This document shows positions 52,933-64,000 of a DNA stretch of 64,000 nucleotides, piece by piece (the first letter of the stretch is position 1; each line of letters starts with the position of its first letter). Source of the stretch: Eledone cirrhosa. Lineage: Eukaryota. The stretch is taken from positions 18,228,001-18,292,000 of the forward strand of contig OZ024742.1 in assembly GCA_964016885.1 (NCBI GenBank), read 5' to 3'. The notes below the pieces were generated by a model. The model did no database searches and was not told the DNA's origin. It saw only the letters and a program-made list of their open reading frames with translations. Position numbers and translations under genes: made by a program.

Positions 52933-53708
52933 TTTGAAACGGTGTTAGCTGAACTCATCTTCCCCCAAGTCAATATTCCGTAACTAAAATTTAAAAAATG
53001 ATTTTCCTAAATTTTATAATTTAGATTTTACCTTGATTTCTCTTCATATCTAAAACCTTCATATTGATAACATTTGTCTTAATCGCTTTGGTTACACTTC
53101 TAGTTAACAGAAGTGTAATTATTATACAATTACAAACAAAATCAACATTTTAATTAACAAAAATTATGATAAGTATAGCGCATGAAAAAATCTATTTTTA
53201 TTAGTATTTAAAATAACTGATCAGTTTTATAAGTCGATAAATCTAATTAATATAATGGACAATTAGTGTGTGATGGTTTATAGATTGATTCTATCCAATA
53301 CTTGCTAGAAAGGATATATATGTGTGTGTATGCGTATATATAAATTGTGATTATTTGTATGCCTAATTATGTGAAACAAAAGAAACAGCGATCTGTATTT
53401 ATTATTTATAAATCCCACCGAGGTTAACTTTGCCTTTCATCCTTACGGGGTCGATAAAATAAAGTACCAGTAATACAGTAGTATAATTGCTGGCCTTGTG
53501 CCAAAATGTAGAAACAATTATTTATATTATAAAGACGCCATACACTATACTGGTTTCGTATGAGAAAAGTAAGAAATAAAATTAGAGTTATCTCCCTTTA
53601 TCTTCATTCCACACCGATTAGTTTTACCCAGTTACAACAAACTTGAGTTAACTTCAAAAATACCGATTTGTAATATATTTTATTGCTGAAATACCTTAAA
53701 AAATTAAT
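52933..53708. promoter_or_regulatory. Probable bidirectional promoter and 5' UTRs between BNIP1 and the NGLY1-like gene
   Basis: Divergent ATGs 776 bp apart; inferred from the arrangement only. Confidence 0.6.
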
Positions 53709-53933
53709 ATGGCATGTAAATATAATTATGACTTTTTAGATGACATACGTGACAATCCAGCAAGTGTAGTTGTTGACACGTTCCGTGTTATACTGAAGAT
53801 ATGTAAGAACATAATTGACAACCCAGCTGAAAGGAAATACAGACGTCTTCGTCTCGGAAATCAGGTTGTACAGAACAAAATCTTACCTATTAACGGAGCT
53901 TTCAATTGTTTATTAGCCTTAGGCTTCGAAGAG
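53709..53933 (+). CDS. NGLY1: First coding exon of an N-terminal PUB-domain protein, probably peptide:N-glycanase; remaining exons not found in window
   Basis: ILKICKNIIDNPAERKYRRLRLGNQVVQNKILPINGAFNCLLALGFEE|gttagc resembles the NGLY1 PUB domain (NILRNPNDEKYRSIRIGN..LLPVRGAVECLFEMGFEE). Confidence 0.72.
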
Positions 53934-54378
53934 GTTAGCAATACTTCGTATCTTCTTTTGTGTTGTTGTTGGTATTGTTGTTGTTCTCGATACAGTAGTT
54001 TGGAGTCTGTAGTCTGGTTAAGACACAACGTGTGTTGGTAGTGGTGGAGAACTCGTATTTCCGAAGCCGGCGATTATGGCTTCATCTGACAAATCCCGCC
54101 GAGGTTGACTTTGCCTTTCATCCTTACGGGGTCGATAAAATAAAGTACCAGTAATGCACTGGGTAATTGCTGGCCTTGTGCCAAAAGTAGAAACAATTAT
54201 TATTAATACCCTGAGTTTAAATCCCGCCGAGGTTAACTTTGCCTTTCATCCTTACGGGGTCAATAAAATAAAGTACCAGTATTGCACTGGCCTTGTGCCA
54301 AACATAGAAACAATTATTATTAATACCCTAACCACAAAGCCACGCACCTTCTCTCTCTCACACACACACGCACGCACG

Positions 54379-54416
<38 letters not shown>

Positions 54417-54591
54417 ACTTCAGCATTCGGTAATCAGGTGGAGATGATTGCTTCTGACAGGACCTACTGGAAGGAGTGTTTGAGGACTTTTCCCCTACGA
54501 CACTCCCAGGAATAAATGGGGGAAGAAGAGAGAAGACGACTTCCATCCGAAGCACCTCCAGTTCCTCCTAAACGTGACCCAAATAAGACTT

Positions 54592-55050
54592 TAAAATGAA
54601 TGTATCCTAGTTGGATTGTTTATCGACATAGACGTGAGGGAAGGTCCCTTGTCTATTTACCATTTTTGTAAGTGAGAATTATAACAAAGTGAGTGGGTGT
54701 GTGCGTAAACAAGACAATAACCACAACGAGAGTTATATTCAACAATTGTAAATAATGGTGATGTTTATTTTGTTTATATGTGTTTATTATATTACAAATG
54801 GAACATACCAAATATAGACGCGGTCAGTTGTGGTGAAAGGAGCGTATTACAATTACAAAGGTATTGTGGGGTTTGCTGTTTGCTGTTCCCTTGGGCTGTT
54901 TATCGTTTCGTGGTACAGAGGCTGTTTTCTGTGGCGTGTGTTTAGTCTGCTTTCCCGTGGCTGTCTGTGTTTACCTCTGGTGTTCTCAACCAGGGGGAGA
55001 CAATTAGCTTGGGCTATTATCCGCCAGGAGGCGTGAGGCGTCTTACTACA
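54592..55050 (-). repeat. 3' LTR (outer 5-6 bp missing)
   Basis: Direct repeat of 59872-60330; PPT GGCAGGGAGTAC on the minus strand at 55051-55062. Confidence 0.95.
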
Positions 55051-55271
55051 GTACTCCCTGCCAGATTTTCAAATCATCGAAAATCGATGTTATTACTCAC
55101 ACGTGGAGTAAGATGGCGAACAATGCAACAAGGGGGAGCTATTCGCCCTACCAATCATTAAATCCAAAATAAGGATTTGAAAAATGTTAAAAAACAACAT
55201 GCATGCATAAAAAACAGGCAAAGAAAAAAGCAGAAACACAGAAGCAAAAAAAAAGGTGCAGCTGATACAGT

Positions 55272-57092
55272 CTAAATATAGACGGTGCTGCAAAATTTTT
55301 TGGGCCAGTGGACCCTACGACCTGAACGGGTCGTGGTCTTGTAACGTGGTGATGGTGGTGGTGTAGGGACAGGCGATGATGGTGGTTCAGGAACAGGCGT
55401 TCGCTCAACAGGCAAATACGAAGGGGTTCGTGGATCAGGAACCACAGCGTCCGTGTCAAGGTGTGCCTGCTTAAGCCTGTCTATTGTAACTGTCTCCCTG
55501 GACCCTTTAATATCTAAAGTGAAATGCTTAGCCAAGCGCGCTAAGACACGGTAAGGTCCAGTGTAAGGCTGTGTGAGCGGGGGCTTCACAGAATCTTTCC
55601 TTACAAAGACATGCGTCCACGAGGCAACATCCCTAGGGACAGCAGTCTTGACAGTTTGTTTCCTAGTGTCCATTGGCGGCAAATCCTGGAAATAGGAGCG
55701 CAAACGGGACACGTAGGAAGCGTGATCTTGGGCATCAAGATCGATAGGGGCAAGCATTTGCCCGGGCAACGTCAGAGGGGCACCGTACAGTACTTCGGCC
55801 GGTGAAAATCCAAAGTCGACCTTCACCGTTGCCCGAATCCCTTGTAGCACAATAGGGAGGTACTCGCTCCAATGCGCCGAGTCCATTGAGGCCATTAAGG
55901 AGGCCTTCAGTTGGCGGTGAAAACGCTCCACCATACCATTCGAAGCGGGATGGTACGCCGTAGTTCTGATGCATTTAGCACCAATTAATTTTGACAGTTC
56001 GAGGAAAAGGCTCGACTCGAACTGTCGTCCACGGTCGGTAGTTACTGTGGATGGAACTCCATAATGAGAGATCCATCCAGACACAAGAGCACGCACTGTT
56101 GTCTCAGCGGTGATGTTTTTCAAGGGGATGGCTTCAGGCCATCTCGAAAAACGGTCAATTATGGTCAGCAGATAAGAATACCCATCGCTGACAGGCCAAG
56201 GTCCCACTATATCAATATGAATGTGCGAAAAACGCGCATCTGGGTTAGTAAAGGTATCCAGGGGAGCCTTGACGTGTCGATGGACCTTTGATTTCTGGCA
56301 AGCGACGCAGGAACGGCACCAAGCAGCAATTTCACGCCTCATATTTGGCCAGAAAAATCTAGCTGATATGAGCTTTGCTGTGGCAGAAGATCCTGGATGC
56401 GAGAAACCATGTAATCCCAGAAACACGGTCAGATGATGATTCTCTGGAACGAAGGGCCTAGGCACGTCCAAAGAGACGTCGCAGAGAATTTGGCCAACTG
56501 CAGTCGACAGAGGCAAGAATTTCATCTCGCAATTCGCAAACTCGGGCGATGTAACATCCAATGACTCAAGGGGAGGCTGATCCGCAGCCAAACGAGTCAG
56601 ATCTATGTCAGAGGGTGACGAGATAGCTGTCATGGGTAAGCGGGACAAGGCATCGGCCGCTATATTTAGTGAACCCGGAATGTGTTGGATATTATTCGCA
56701 TATTGCGATATGAAATCAAGGTGTCTCGTCTCTCTGGGCGAGTATTTATCAGCCTTCGCTCTCAACGCAAAAGTCAATGGTTTATGGTCAGTGAGGATAG
56801 TAAATAGTCTACCCTCTAGCATATGTGAAAAATGTTTCACGGCCAAATAGATGGCCAAAAGCTCTCTTCCAAAGGTGCTGTCGTGCGTCTCAGCAGGTTT
56901 CAGCTTTCTGGAAAAAAACTCCAGCGGTTGCTGGTAACCATTGATGTTTTGCTGTAGCACTGCGCCCACAGCGATATCCGATGCATCAACACAAAGCATT
57001 AGCTTTGCACCAGGTACCGGGTGAGCCAGTAACGAAGCATTAGCCAAAGCAGTTTTGGCGTGCTGAAAATCAGCAAGTTGAGTGTCTGTCAA
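55272..57092 (-). CDS. pol: Gypsy pol: RNase H + integrase
   Basis: [30 protein letters not shown] (HGFSH..CVAC), [27 protein letters not shown]. Confidence 0.93.
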   Translation of the reverse strand: MTDTQLADFQHAKTALANASLLAHPVPGAKLMLCVDASDIAVGAVLQQNINGYQQPLEFFSRKLKPAETHDSTFGRELLAIYLAVKHFSHMLEGRLFTILTDHKPLTFALRAKADKYSPRETRHLDFISQYANNIQHIPGSLNIAADALSRLPMTAISSPSDIDLTRLAADQPPLESLDVTSPEFANCEMKFLPLSTAVGQILCDVSLDVPRPFVPENHHLTVFLGLHGFSHPGSSATAKLISARFFWPNMRREIAAWCRSCVACQKSKVHRHVKAPLDTFTNPDARFSHIHIDIVGPWPVSDGYSYLLTIIDRFSRWPEAIPLKNITAETTVRALVSGWISHYGVPSTVTTDRGRQFESSLFLELSKLIGAKCIRTTAYHPASNGMVERFHRQLKASLMASMDSAHWSEYLPIVLQGIRATVKVDFGFSPAEVLYGAPLTLPGQMLAPIDLDAQDHASYVSRLRSYFQDLPPMDTRKQTVKTAVPRDVASWTHVFVRKDSVKPPLTQPYTGPYRVLARLAKHFTLDIKGSRETVTIDRLKQAHLDTDAVVPDPRTPSYLPVERTPVPEPPSSPVPTPPPSPRYKTTTRSGRRVHWPKKFCSTVYI

Positions 57093-58467
57093 AGAAATGT
57101 CTTTGTTCTTCTTCCGACAATTTTTTTAAAATTTCTGTCAGGGAGAAAAGCAATCTTGCACAATTTGGCACGAAACGCCTATAAAAGTTAATCAGGCCTA
57201 AGAACTGGCGTAACTGACGTAGTGAGGTCGGTGGAGGCAAATCCTCTATGACCTTAACTCGCTCAGGCCGGGGTCGAATACCGTCAGCATCGATGACGTG
57301 ACCCAAGAAAGTCAGTGACTCAACACCAAAAACACATTTGGGTGCATTAATCTGCACGTTATACGCCTTCAATCGGCGGAAAAGAAGATTCAAATGGTGC
57401 GTATGTTGCTCTTGAGAAGAACTAGCAATGAGCAGGTCGTCAATATAGGTATAGACGAAATCGAGGCCGCGAGTAACCTCGTCCATAAACCGCTGAAAAG
57501 TACTAGCGGCATTCCTTAATCCGAACGGCATGGTCAAAAACTCAAATGACCCAAATGGCGTAACTATAGCCGTTTTTGGAATGTCATTTTTATGGACAGA
57601 AATTTGATGGTACGCACGAATTAAATCCAGTTTGGAGAATATCTTGCATCCCTGCAACAAAGACGCAAAGTCTTGCAGATGAGGGATAGGACAACGGTCC
57701 GGTTCCATTATCGAATTTAGGCGTCGATAATCTCCAGTAGGTCTCCAATCGCCAGTCGCTTTCGGTACCATGTGTAATGGGGACGCCCACGGGCTCGTGG
57801 ACGGACAAATATTCCCCAACTGCAGCATATGATCAAACTCTGATCGTGCTGCTTTGAGTTTGTCCGGAGGCAAGCGACGAGGACGAGAAAAAACGGGAGC
57901 ACCAGTTGTAGATATGAAGTGCTCCGTGGTATGAGTTGGCTCATCAACTCGAAAATTTCCCCGAGTCAGTTGCGGGAACGAGTTCAACAAAGCATGGTAA
58001 GTATCACCGGTGTTAGCAAGAAAAAAGGTCGGGCTAACCGTTGGAACTCCTGGTGCCTTGCCAACAACAGTTAAACCAGTGATGCCATCAATTAGGCGTT
58101 TACGACGGAGGTCCACTGTCAATGAAAAATGGTGGAGAAAATCCGCGCCTAGAATCGGATACGGCAAGGCAGCGACAGTAAATATCCATTTAAACTCGCG
58201 CCGCAGATTACGGAACTGCAAAGGTAGCGAGATTTGTCCGAAGGTTCGAATCAGCGAACAATTTACTGCCTGCAACTCAATAGGTGTCTCAGGGGGAGTT
58301 TCCTTCATACAACACACAGGCCATATTGAACAAACTGCACCTGTGTCCACCAGAAAGGCTCTACCTGATAGCAGGTCCTCAATGAAAAAGTGGCGGTTGG
58401 ATGATGTTTCGCAGAGCGCACTATCCGCCGTTAGTGACTCTGGTCGTCGTTTCCCATGTAAGCACAA
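57070..58467 (-). CDS. pol: Gypsy pol: protease + reverse transcriptase; frameshift to the RH/IN part near the T-run at ~57120
   Basis: [46 protein letters not shown]. Confidence 0.93.
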   Translation of the reverse strand: MCLHGKRRPESLTADSALCETSSNRHFFIEDLLSGRAFLVDTGAVCSIWPVCCMKETPPETPIELQAVNCSLIRTFGQISLPLQFRNLRREFKWIFTVAALPYPILGADFLHHFSLTVDLRRKRLIDGITGLTVVGKAPGVPTVSPTFFLANTGDTYHALLNSFPQLTRGNFRVDEPTHTTEHFISTTGAPVFSRPRRLPPDKLKAARSEFDHMLQLGNICPSTSPWASPLHMVPKATGDWRPTGDYRRLNSIMEPDRCPIPHLQDFASLLQGCKIFSKLDLIRAYHQISVHKNDIPKTAIVTPFGSFEFLTMPFGLRNAASTFQRFMDEVTRGLDFVYTYIDDLLIASSSQEQHTHHLNLLFRRLKAYNVQINAPKCVFGVESLTFLGHVIDADGIRPRPERVKVIEDLPPPTSLRQLRQFLGLINFYRRFVPNCARLLFSLTEILKKLSEEEQRHFFDRHSTC

Positions 58468-59212
58468 GGAGGCCTACAGCGAGCGGCTTTGTCACCATAT
58501 TTGTCATGGTAATAACAATATGGTGGTTTTGGTGTTTTGGAAGGGCTACGGTGGCGAGGAGTTGAATAACATCATGAGCGGCTCCTCTGCCGTCCAAAAG
58601 ACCTGAATTCCTGGCACAACTCCGCCATTTGACGAGTCATGGCTTCCATTGTGGTGACTAATTTCTCATCACCCGCTGATGAGCGTGATTGAGGAAGAGA
58701 AGAGGAAGCACGTACTTTGGCTTCGAAGTGTCTCTCTTCGTCACTTCTACAATTTTGTCAGCAGAGACAGCAATGTGGTCGAGGGTATTTACCTCTAGCA
58801 TATGGGCTAGGATCGCCTGTACCTCTTGAGGTAGGCGAGAGAAGAACAATTGCTTCAGGAAAGGGCTATCCTGATCTTGGGAATCGCTCAATTCCCGCAA
58901 ATGCTGGAGAAAAGCGGTAGGGGTCCTGTCACCTAATTGTTCGTCCTCGATCAATGACTGAAAACGACTCTCTACCAACTTACAATTCCTTCTCAAGATT
59001 TCGCCTTTTAAAGACTCATACGTTAAGTCAGAGGGGGGGGGGGGGTCTGTAATTAGGTCTTGGACCGAATCTGCTAGATTAGGGGGAAGTCCGCTAATCA
59101 AGACAGCGAGGCGCTGGTTAGACTCGATCTTACAGACCGTAAAATACGCCTGTAGCTGAGCCAACCACAGCTTAGGGTTTCCGGTAAAGGCGGGCAAATG
59201 TGGCACTTTCAT
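58460..59212 (-). CDS. gag: Gypsy gag (frameshifted near 58690)
   Basis: MKVPHLPAF..NPKLWLAQL..YESLK..LGDRTPTAFL..FFSRLP; CHCC knuckle at ~58520-58465 in another frame. Confidence 0.85.
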
Positions 59213-59850
59213 GGTAAAACGTTTAAAATAAAAAAAAATATATATATATAAACAGCAATTAATGTACCCTCGCACAGCGAAAAGCAAACACCCACAATGG
59301 AAAAAAAATCAAAGGTCAAAAAGAAACAGACATTCAAAACATTAGGAAATAGGAAAAATACATAAAATACATATATATTTAAAAAAAAAAAAAATTTTCC
59401 TTCAATGTCTGTCCCCTTGTGTTGCTTCAACGGGCCAGTAAATCAAATAACTCGTGAAAAAGAGAAAAAAAAAAATGTTTGTTTTAGAATATATCCACGT
59501 TGGATATCATCAATAGGTAGCCTGTGGCTAAAAATCCCTTATAAAAAAAGTAAGGCATGTATATCCCCTGCGGGGCAGTAATGTTCACAAAAAAGTTTTT
59601 TTCCCTTGATCAAATATGGAACACACACGCAATTCCAAAATGTCCCTGTCCTGGCAGAAAATTACAAAACGGGGAAGGAAAGCAACGCCATCTTTGAAAA
59701 ATTTTTTTGGCTGGTTTGTATACCTTGTCAATACGGTATAAACACTTTATTATTTCTCTGTCTTTTTTTGTATTTTCGTAAGTTGCGAAAAGGTTGACAA
59801 CGTGGTAATAACAGTGATGTTCAACTGAATAAAAAGGCTGCGTAAAATTC

Positions 59851-59865
59851 TTACGTCGGTCACCA
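59851..59865 (-). promoter_or_regulatory. Primer-binding site, tRNA-Trp-like
   Basis: TGGTGACCGACGTAA one base after the LTR's CA end; the canonical Trp PBS is TGGTGACCCCGACGT. Confidence 0.75.
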
Positions 59866-59866
59866 G

Positions 59867-60330
59867 TGTGGTAAAATGAATGTATCCTAGTTGGATTGTT
59901 TATCGACATAGACGTGAGGGAAGGTCCCTTGTCTATTTACCATTTTTGTAAGTGAGAATTATAACAAAGTGAGTGGGTGTGTGCGTAAACAAGACAATAA
60001 CCACAATGAGAGTTATATTCAACAATTGTAAATAATGGTGATGTTTATTTTGTTTATATGTGTTTATTATATTACAAATGGAACATACCAAATATAGACG
60101 CGGTCAGTTGTGGTGAAAGGAGCGTATTACAATTACAAAGGTATTGTGAGGTTTGCTGTTTGCTGTTCCCTTGGGCTGTTTATCGTTTCGTGGTACAGAG
60201 GCTGTTTTCTGTGGCGTGTGTTTAGTCTGCTTTCCCGTGGCTGTCTGTGTTTACCTCTGGTGTTCTCAACCTGGGGGAGACAACAAGCTTGGGCTATTAT
60301 CTGCCAGGAGGCGTGAGGCGTCTTACTACA
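59867..60330 (-). repeat. 5' LTR (464 bp, TGTAGTAA...TTACCACA)
   Basis: TG..CA ends with a short terminal inverted repeat; followed by the PBS. Confidence 0.96.
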
Positions 60331-61026
60331 ACTTTGTGTTTTTGCATCCGTGTTTGTTTTGTTTTATTTGTTCAACTATATATATATATATATACAATAT
60401 ATTAATAAATGGAAACTATATCTATAAAACCATATTTATTTTATTATATATATTTCAAGGGCAACCAAGGTAAATTATGGTGCGCTTTCATCAGATAAAA
60501 TACAGATTTGTTTTATAAATAAATATTGACATACCCGGAAAAAAGACAACCTCAAAGGTTGAAATTGATATCAGTTATAAAAATGTTTAAGCTTGTTGAA
60601 TCCCAACAAATTAGATATAACCTCTGCATATATATATATATATATATATACCCATCCATACCACCCCTTTCAATGTAAAGTTATGTTGGTACCACAACAT
60701 CCAGTCCGAAACAAATGAGGTCATGTAGGTGTCACGACAAAAAAAAACACACAGTCCACGCTGTAATGTGGCCGTGTAGGTAACACGGTAAAAACCTCCC
60801 AGTCCACACTGTAAACATGGTTGGTGTTAGGAAGGGCATCCAGCCGTAGAAAACCCGCCAGACAGTCCTATGCGAGCAAGCCAACCACTCTTGCCTCAAG
60901 TGGGAAAACTCCCGTCCAAACCCATGCAAGCGTGGAAGATGGACGTTAAACGATGATGATGATGATATATATATGGTTGAACAAATAAAACAAAACAAAC
61001 ATGGATGCAAAAACACAAAGTCTTAT
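60331..61026. repeat. ~52-bp inverted repeat pair (left arm split by the Gypsy insertion) enclosing (TA)n and an RTE/SINE tail (60720-60965)
   Basis: ataag|actttgtgtttttgcatccgtgtttgttttgttttatttgttcaac versus the reverse complement of 60976-61025. Confidence 0.85.
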
Positions 61027-61036
61027 ATATATATAT

Positions 61037-61381
61037 GGAGGCACATGGTTTAGTGGTTAGAGCATTGGCCTTGCAATCGAAAGGTTGTGAGTTCAATTCT
61101 CAAACTGGGTGATGTGTTGTTTCCTTGAGCAAGACACTTTATTTCACATTGCTCCAGTTTACTCAGCTGTAGAAATGAGATGATAGGGACTGGTGTCCAT
61201 GTCATTTCACTGCAAAGTGGTCGTGGAGGTGTCACGGCATAAAAGCACCCAGCACTCACTGTAAATGAGGTTGGTGTTAGGAAGGGCATCCGGCTGTAGA
61301 AATCAAGCTAGAATCAGTTCCCGTCCCACCCTTGCAAGCAGGGAAAAGCGGACGTAAAATGATGATGATGATGATGATGAT
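61037..61381 (+). mobile_element. Full-length tRNA-derived SINE with RTE-derived 3' tail (octopus OK-like)
   Basis: A-box tggtttagtggtta, B-box gagttcaattc, ccttgagcaagacactt core, RTE 3' UTR segment, (GAT)n. Confidence 0.9.
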
Positions 61382-61474
61382 ATAGATATTTATTTATTTG
61401 CATTTATTCCTGATGATTTCATACAAATGAAATAGTTTTAATTCTGTAGAAGTCATTTCTATAATATATATATA

Positions 61475-64000
61475 TCATCATCATCATCATCATACGTCCG
61501 TTCTTCCACGCTAGCATGGGTTAGACGGGTTGTCCTGTTGTAGGCAGTGTCCAGTCGGCTGACCTTGTCTTGCTCATAGAGGAACTGATTCTGGCTTGAT
61601 TTCTACAGCTGGATGCCCTTCCTAACACCAACCTCATTTACAGTGAGTGCTGGGTGCTTTTTTTTTCCGTGGCGCCTACACATCCAGTTTACAGTGTGGG
61701 CTGGGTGCTTTTTTGCCGTGGCACCTCCACGACCACTTTGCAGTGGGGGTGGGGTGGGGTGGGGGCATATAGTCTATATGCTTCAGCTTCGGCTTGTTCC
61801 CATGGGAAGTCAGGTCTTCTGTATTACTGCGTGACCCCAGAGGTCACGGTCGTGTGTTATAGCCCTTGAGAGGTGCAATTGGGTAAGGTCGGATTTTATC
61901 ACTTCATCCCAGGTCTTCTTGGGTCTCCCCACTCTGCGGCTTCCATCGACTTCTAGTGCTCTGCAACATTTTATGCAGCTGTCATCCTTCATACGCATCA
62001 CATGTCCATAATGTAACCTCCTCTCCTGCGCACAGCATTTGATTCCTCTTATGCTCAGTCTCTCTCTCACTTTGTTCACGTGTATTACTATTACACATCC
62101 ATCGGAGCATGCAAGCTTTGTTTCTTTCTAATCTGCGCAAGTCTTCTACAGACAGCGCCCAGGTCTCACTACCATGTAACATTGCTGTTCGTATACACAC
62201 ATCATACAGTCTGTCTTTCATTTTGAGGGAAAAATCTTTTGCAGCTAGTAGTGGCAGTAGCTCCCTGAACTTTTTCCATCCCGTTCTTACCCTAGTTATT
62301 GTACTTTCCGAACACCCACCTCCGCTGCTAATTCGGTCAACTAGGTAGCAGAAGCTGTCCACTGTTTCTACAGAGCCCTCCCAGAGTTTGGTGGTGCTTG
62401 TTTCCTGTGGCTGTTTGCTGCTTGCTGTCCCAGCACAGCTGCTACATATGAAGCCTACATTCTTAGTTAAGCTTCCTGAGATCCCACTACATCTCTTGTG
62501 TACCCATTGTTTGCATTTGGGGCAGAGGATGGAGTTCCTACCTACACCTTTCCTACATACTGAGCAAGGCCATTTCCCTGAGGGGCTCTGGGTTCTGTTT
62601 TCTCGTCTACCTTAGTCTTTGTCAGGTTGACTTTGAGACCCTTTCTTTCTAGTTTCTGCTTCCATGTTTGGAATTTCTTCTCTAGTTCCACCATAGATTC
62701 AGCTATAAGTGTGAAATCATCTGCATATAGGAGTTCCCATGGGCATCCAGTCTTAAACTCCTCCGTTATTGCCTGCAAAACTATAATGAACAGGAGAGGG
62801 CTAAGATCAGAGCCCTGTGGACACCGATCTGTATGCTAAATTCCTTGCTATAGTCATTGCTAACCCTAACTTTGCTGACTGCTCCTCTATACATGGCTTG
62901 TACAGCTTTCACAAGCCATTCATCTACTCCTAATTTTCTAAGAACCCACCAGATTATAGCACGGGGGACTCAGTCGAAGGCTTTTTCCAGATCGACGAAT
63001 GCCAGGTAGAGTGGCTTACTTTTAGCTAGGTACTTTTCTTGTAACTGCCTCACAAGGAAGAGGGCATCAGTGGTGCCTTTTCCTGGTACAAACCCAAATT
63101 GCATCTCATCTAGTTTCACCCGGTCCCTAATCAACTGTGTTAACTCTTTCCGTTACTTTCATGACCTGGTCCATCAGCTTTATACCTCTATAGTTTCCTC
63201 TATCTAGTGCATCACCTTTACCTTTGTAACAGTTGACAATGATGCTGCTGCACCAATCTTTTGGTATGATACCCTCTAGTATTACCTGGTTAACAATTTG
63301 TGTGGTTATGGTGTGACCTACCGACCCAGATGCCTTCAGCATCTCGGCAGCTATACCCGATGGACTGGTTGCCTTCCCTGTCTTCATATCTTTGATTGCC
63401 TTACTTACTACGCTGCTGCTGACTTGTACTGCTGGCCCCTCTATAGGGTCCGCTTGGGGTAGGGTCTCTTTTTTCCATGCATTCTCCCCATTTAGTAATC
63501 TTTCATAATGGCTCTTCCACACAGCTTTCTTCTCGGTACTTGTGAGGGCAAGCTCACCATTATCATTCCGGATACACTTCTCTCCAATGATATCACAATT
63601 CTCTCTGACACACTGCCTTGCAATCTTGAACACCTCCTGTTTCTGGTCCTCCCATTGCAAAACATGCTTGAATTTTCTATTTTCTGCTTCTCTTCTAGCT
63701 AAGTATACTTGTCGCCTAGCTTCCCTCCTGGTCTCTATGTAATGTACCCTGCTTCACCCGTTCTTCCATTCTTTTCATGCCTGTCTCTAATCTTTAACTG
63801 CCTCATCTACCTTATTGTTCCACCACAAAGTCACTCTCCTCCTCCCTGTGGACTTGCTCCAACCACAGATCTCGTCCGTCGCTTTTAGTAAGTTATTTTT
63901 TAGGAACTCCCAGTGCTCTTCTACATTGAATGTCTCTATCTGTTCTTCTTTACTGTCATAGGCGTTGAGTAGAATATCTTTAAATCTGTTACAGGCTGAG
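61475..64000 (-). mobile_element. Degraded RTE LINE (same subfamily as 790-4455), continues beyond the window end
   Basis: ORF pieces 63127-63660, 62542-62778, 61982-62362, 61810-62079 match the RT; 3' UTR and (GAT)n at 61475. Confidence 0.95.

Larger units (their letters stand above)
54592..60330 (-). mobile_element. Full-length Ty3/Gypsy LTR retrotransposon, CsRN1-like clade
   Basis: Two ~460-bp LTRs (6 substitutions counted), ACTT(T) target duplication, tRNA-Trp-like PBS, PPT, CHCC gag knuckle ([18 protein letters not shown]), order PR-RT-RH-IN. Confidence 0.96.

Noticed and set aside
54830-55036. Duplicated 68-aa ORF (also 60110-60316)
   Set aside because: It lies inside the two LTRs and has no protein features.
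60447-60476. Possible NGLY1 micro-exon (aag|ggcaaccaag|gtaaat)
   Set aside because: 10 nt would break the frame, there is no homology, and it sits within a repeat remnant.

Overview
This is AT-rich, repeat-dense animal genomic DNA. The (TA)n arrays, (GAT)n-tailed RTE LINEs and tRNA-derived SINE families suggest an octopod cephalopod (inference). Three spliced host genes were reconstructed by hand. (1) A minus-strand neprilysin/ECE-like M13 gene (~36169 to 10327, 3' end beyond the window start). It has a type II membrane anchor, a 407-codon single-exon mucin-like stalk, and a zinc motif reading HAYIH instead of HExxH, so it is a predicted pseudo-peptidase. (2) A complete 7-exon BNIP1/SEC20 gene on the minus strand (52932-42927). 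(3) The first exon (PUB domain) of a probable NGLY1, head-to-head with BNIP1. Mobile DNA includes RTE LINEs with a PHD-like finger inserted in the RT, and a young full-length CsRN1-clade Gypsy element (54592-60330). There are also SINEs, CR1 and CRE 3' ends, TTAA-flanked and Tc1-like MITEs, and (TA)n-embedded fold-back remnants carrying minimal hammerhead-ribozyme motifs. Two notable tandem arrays are a 16 x 82-bp array of tRNA-like SINE heads directly behind a BNIP1 splice donor and a 152-bp higher-order repeat. All coordinates and alignments were read by eye; no database searches were run.
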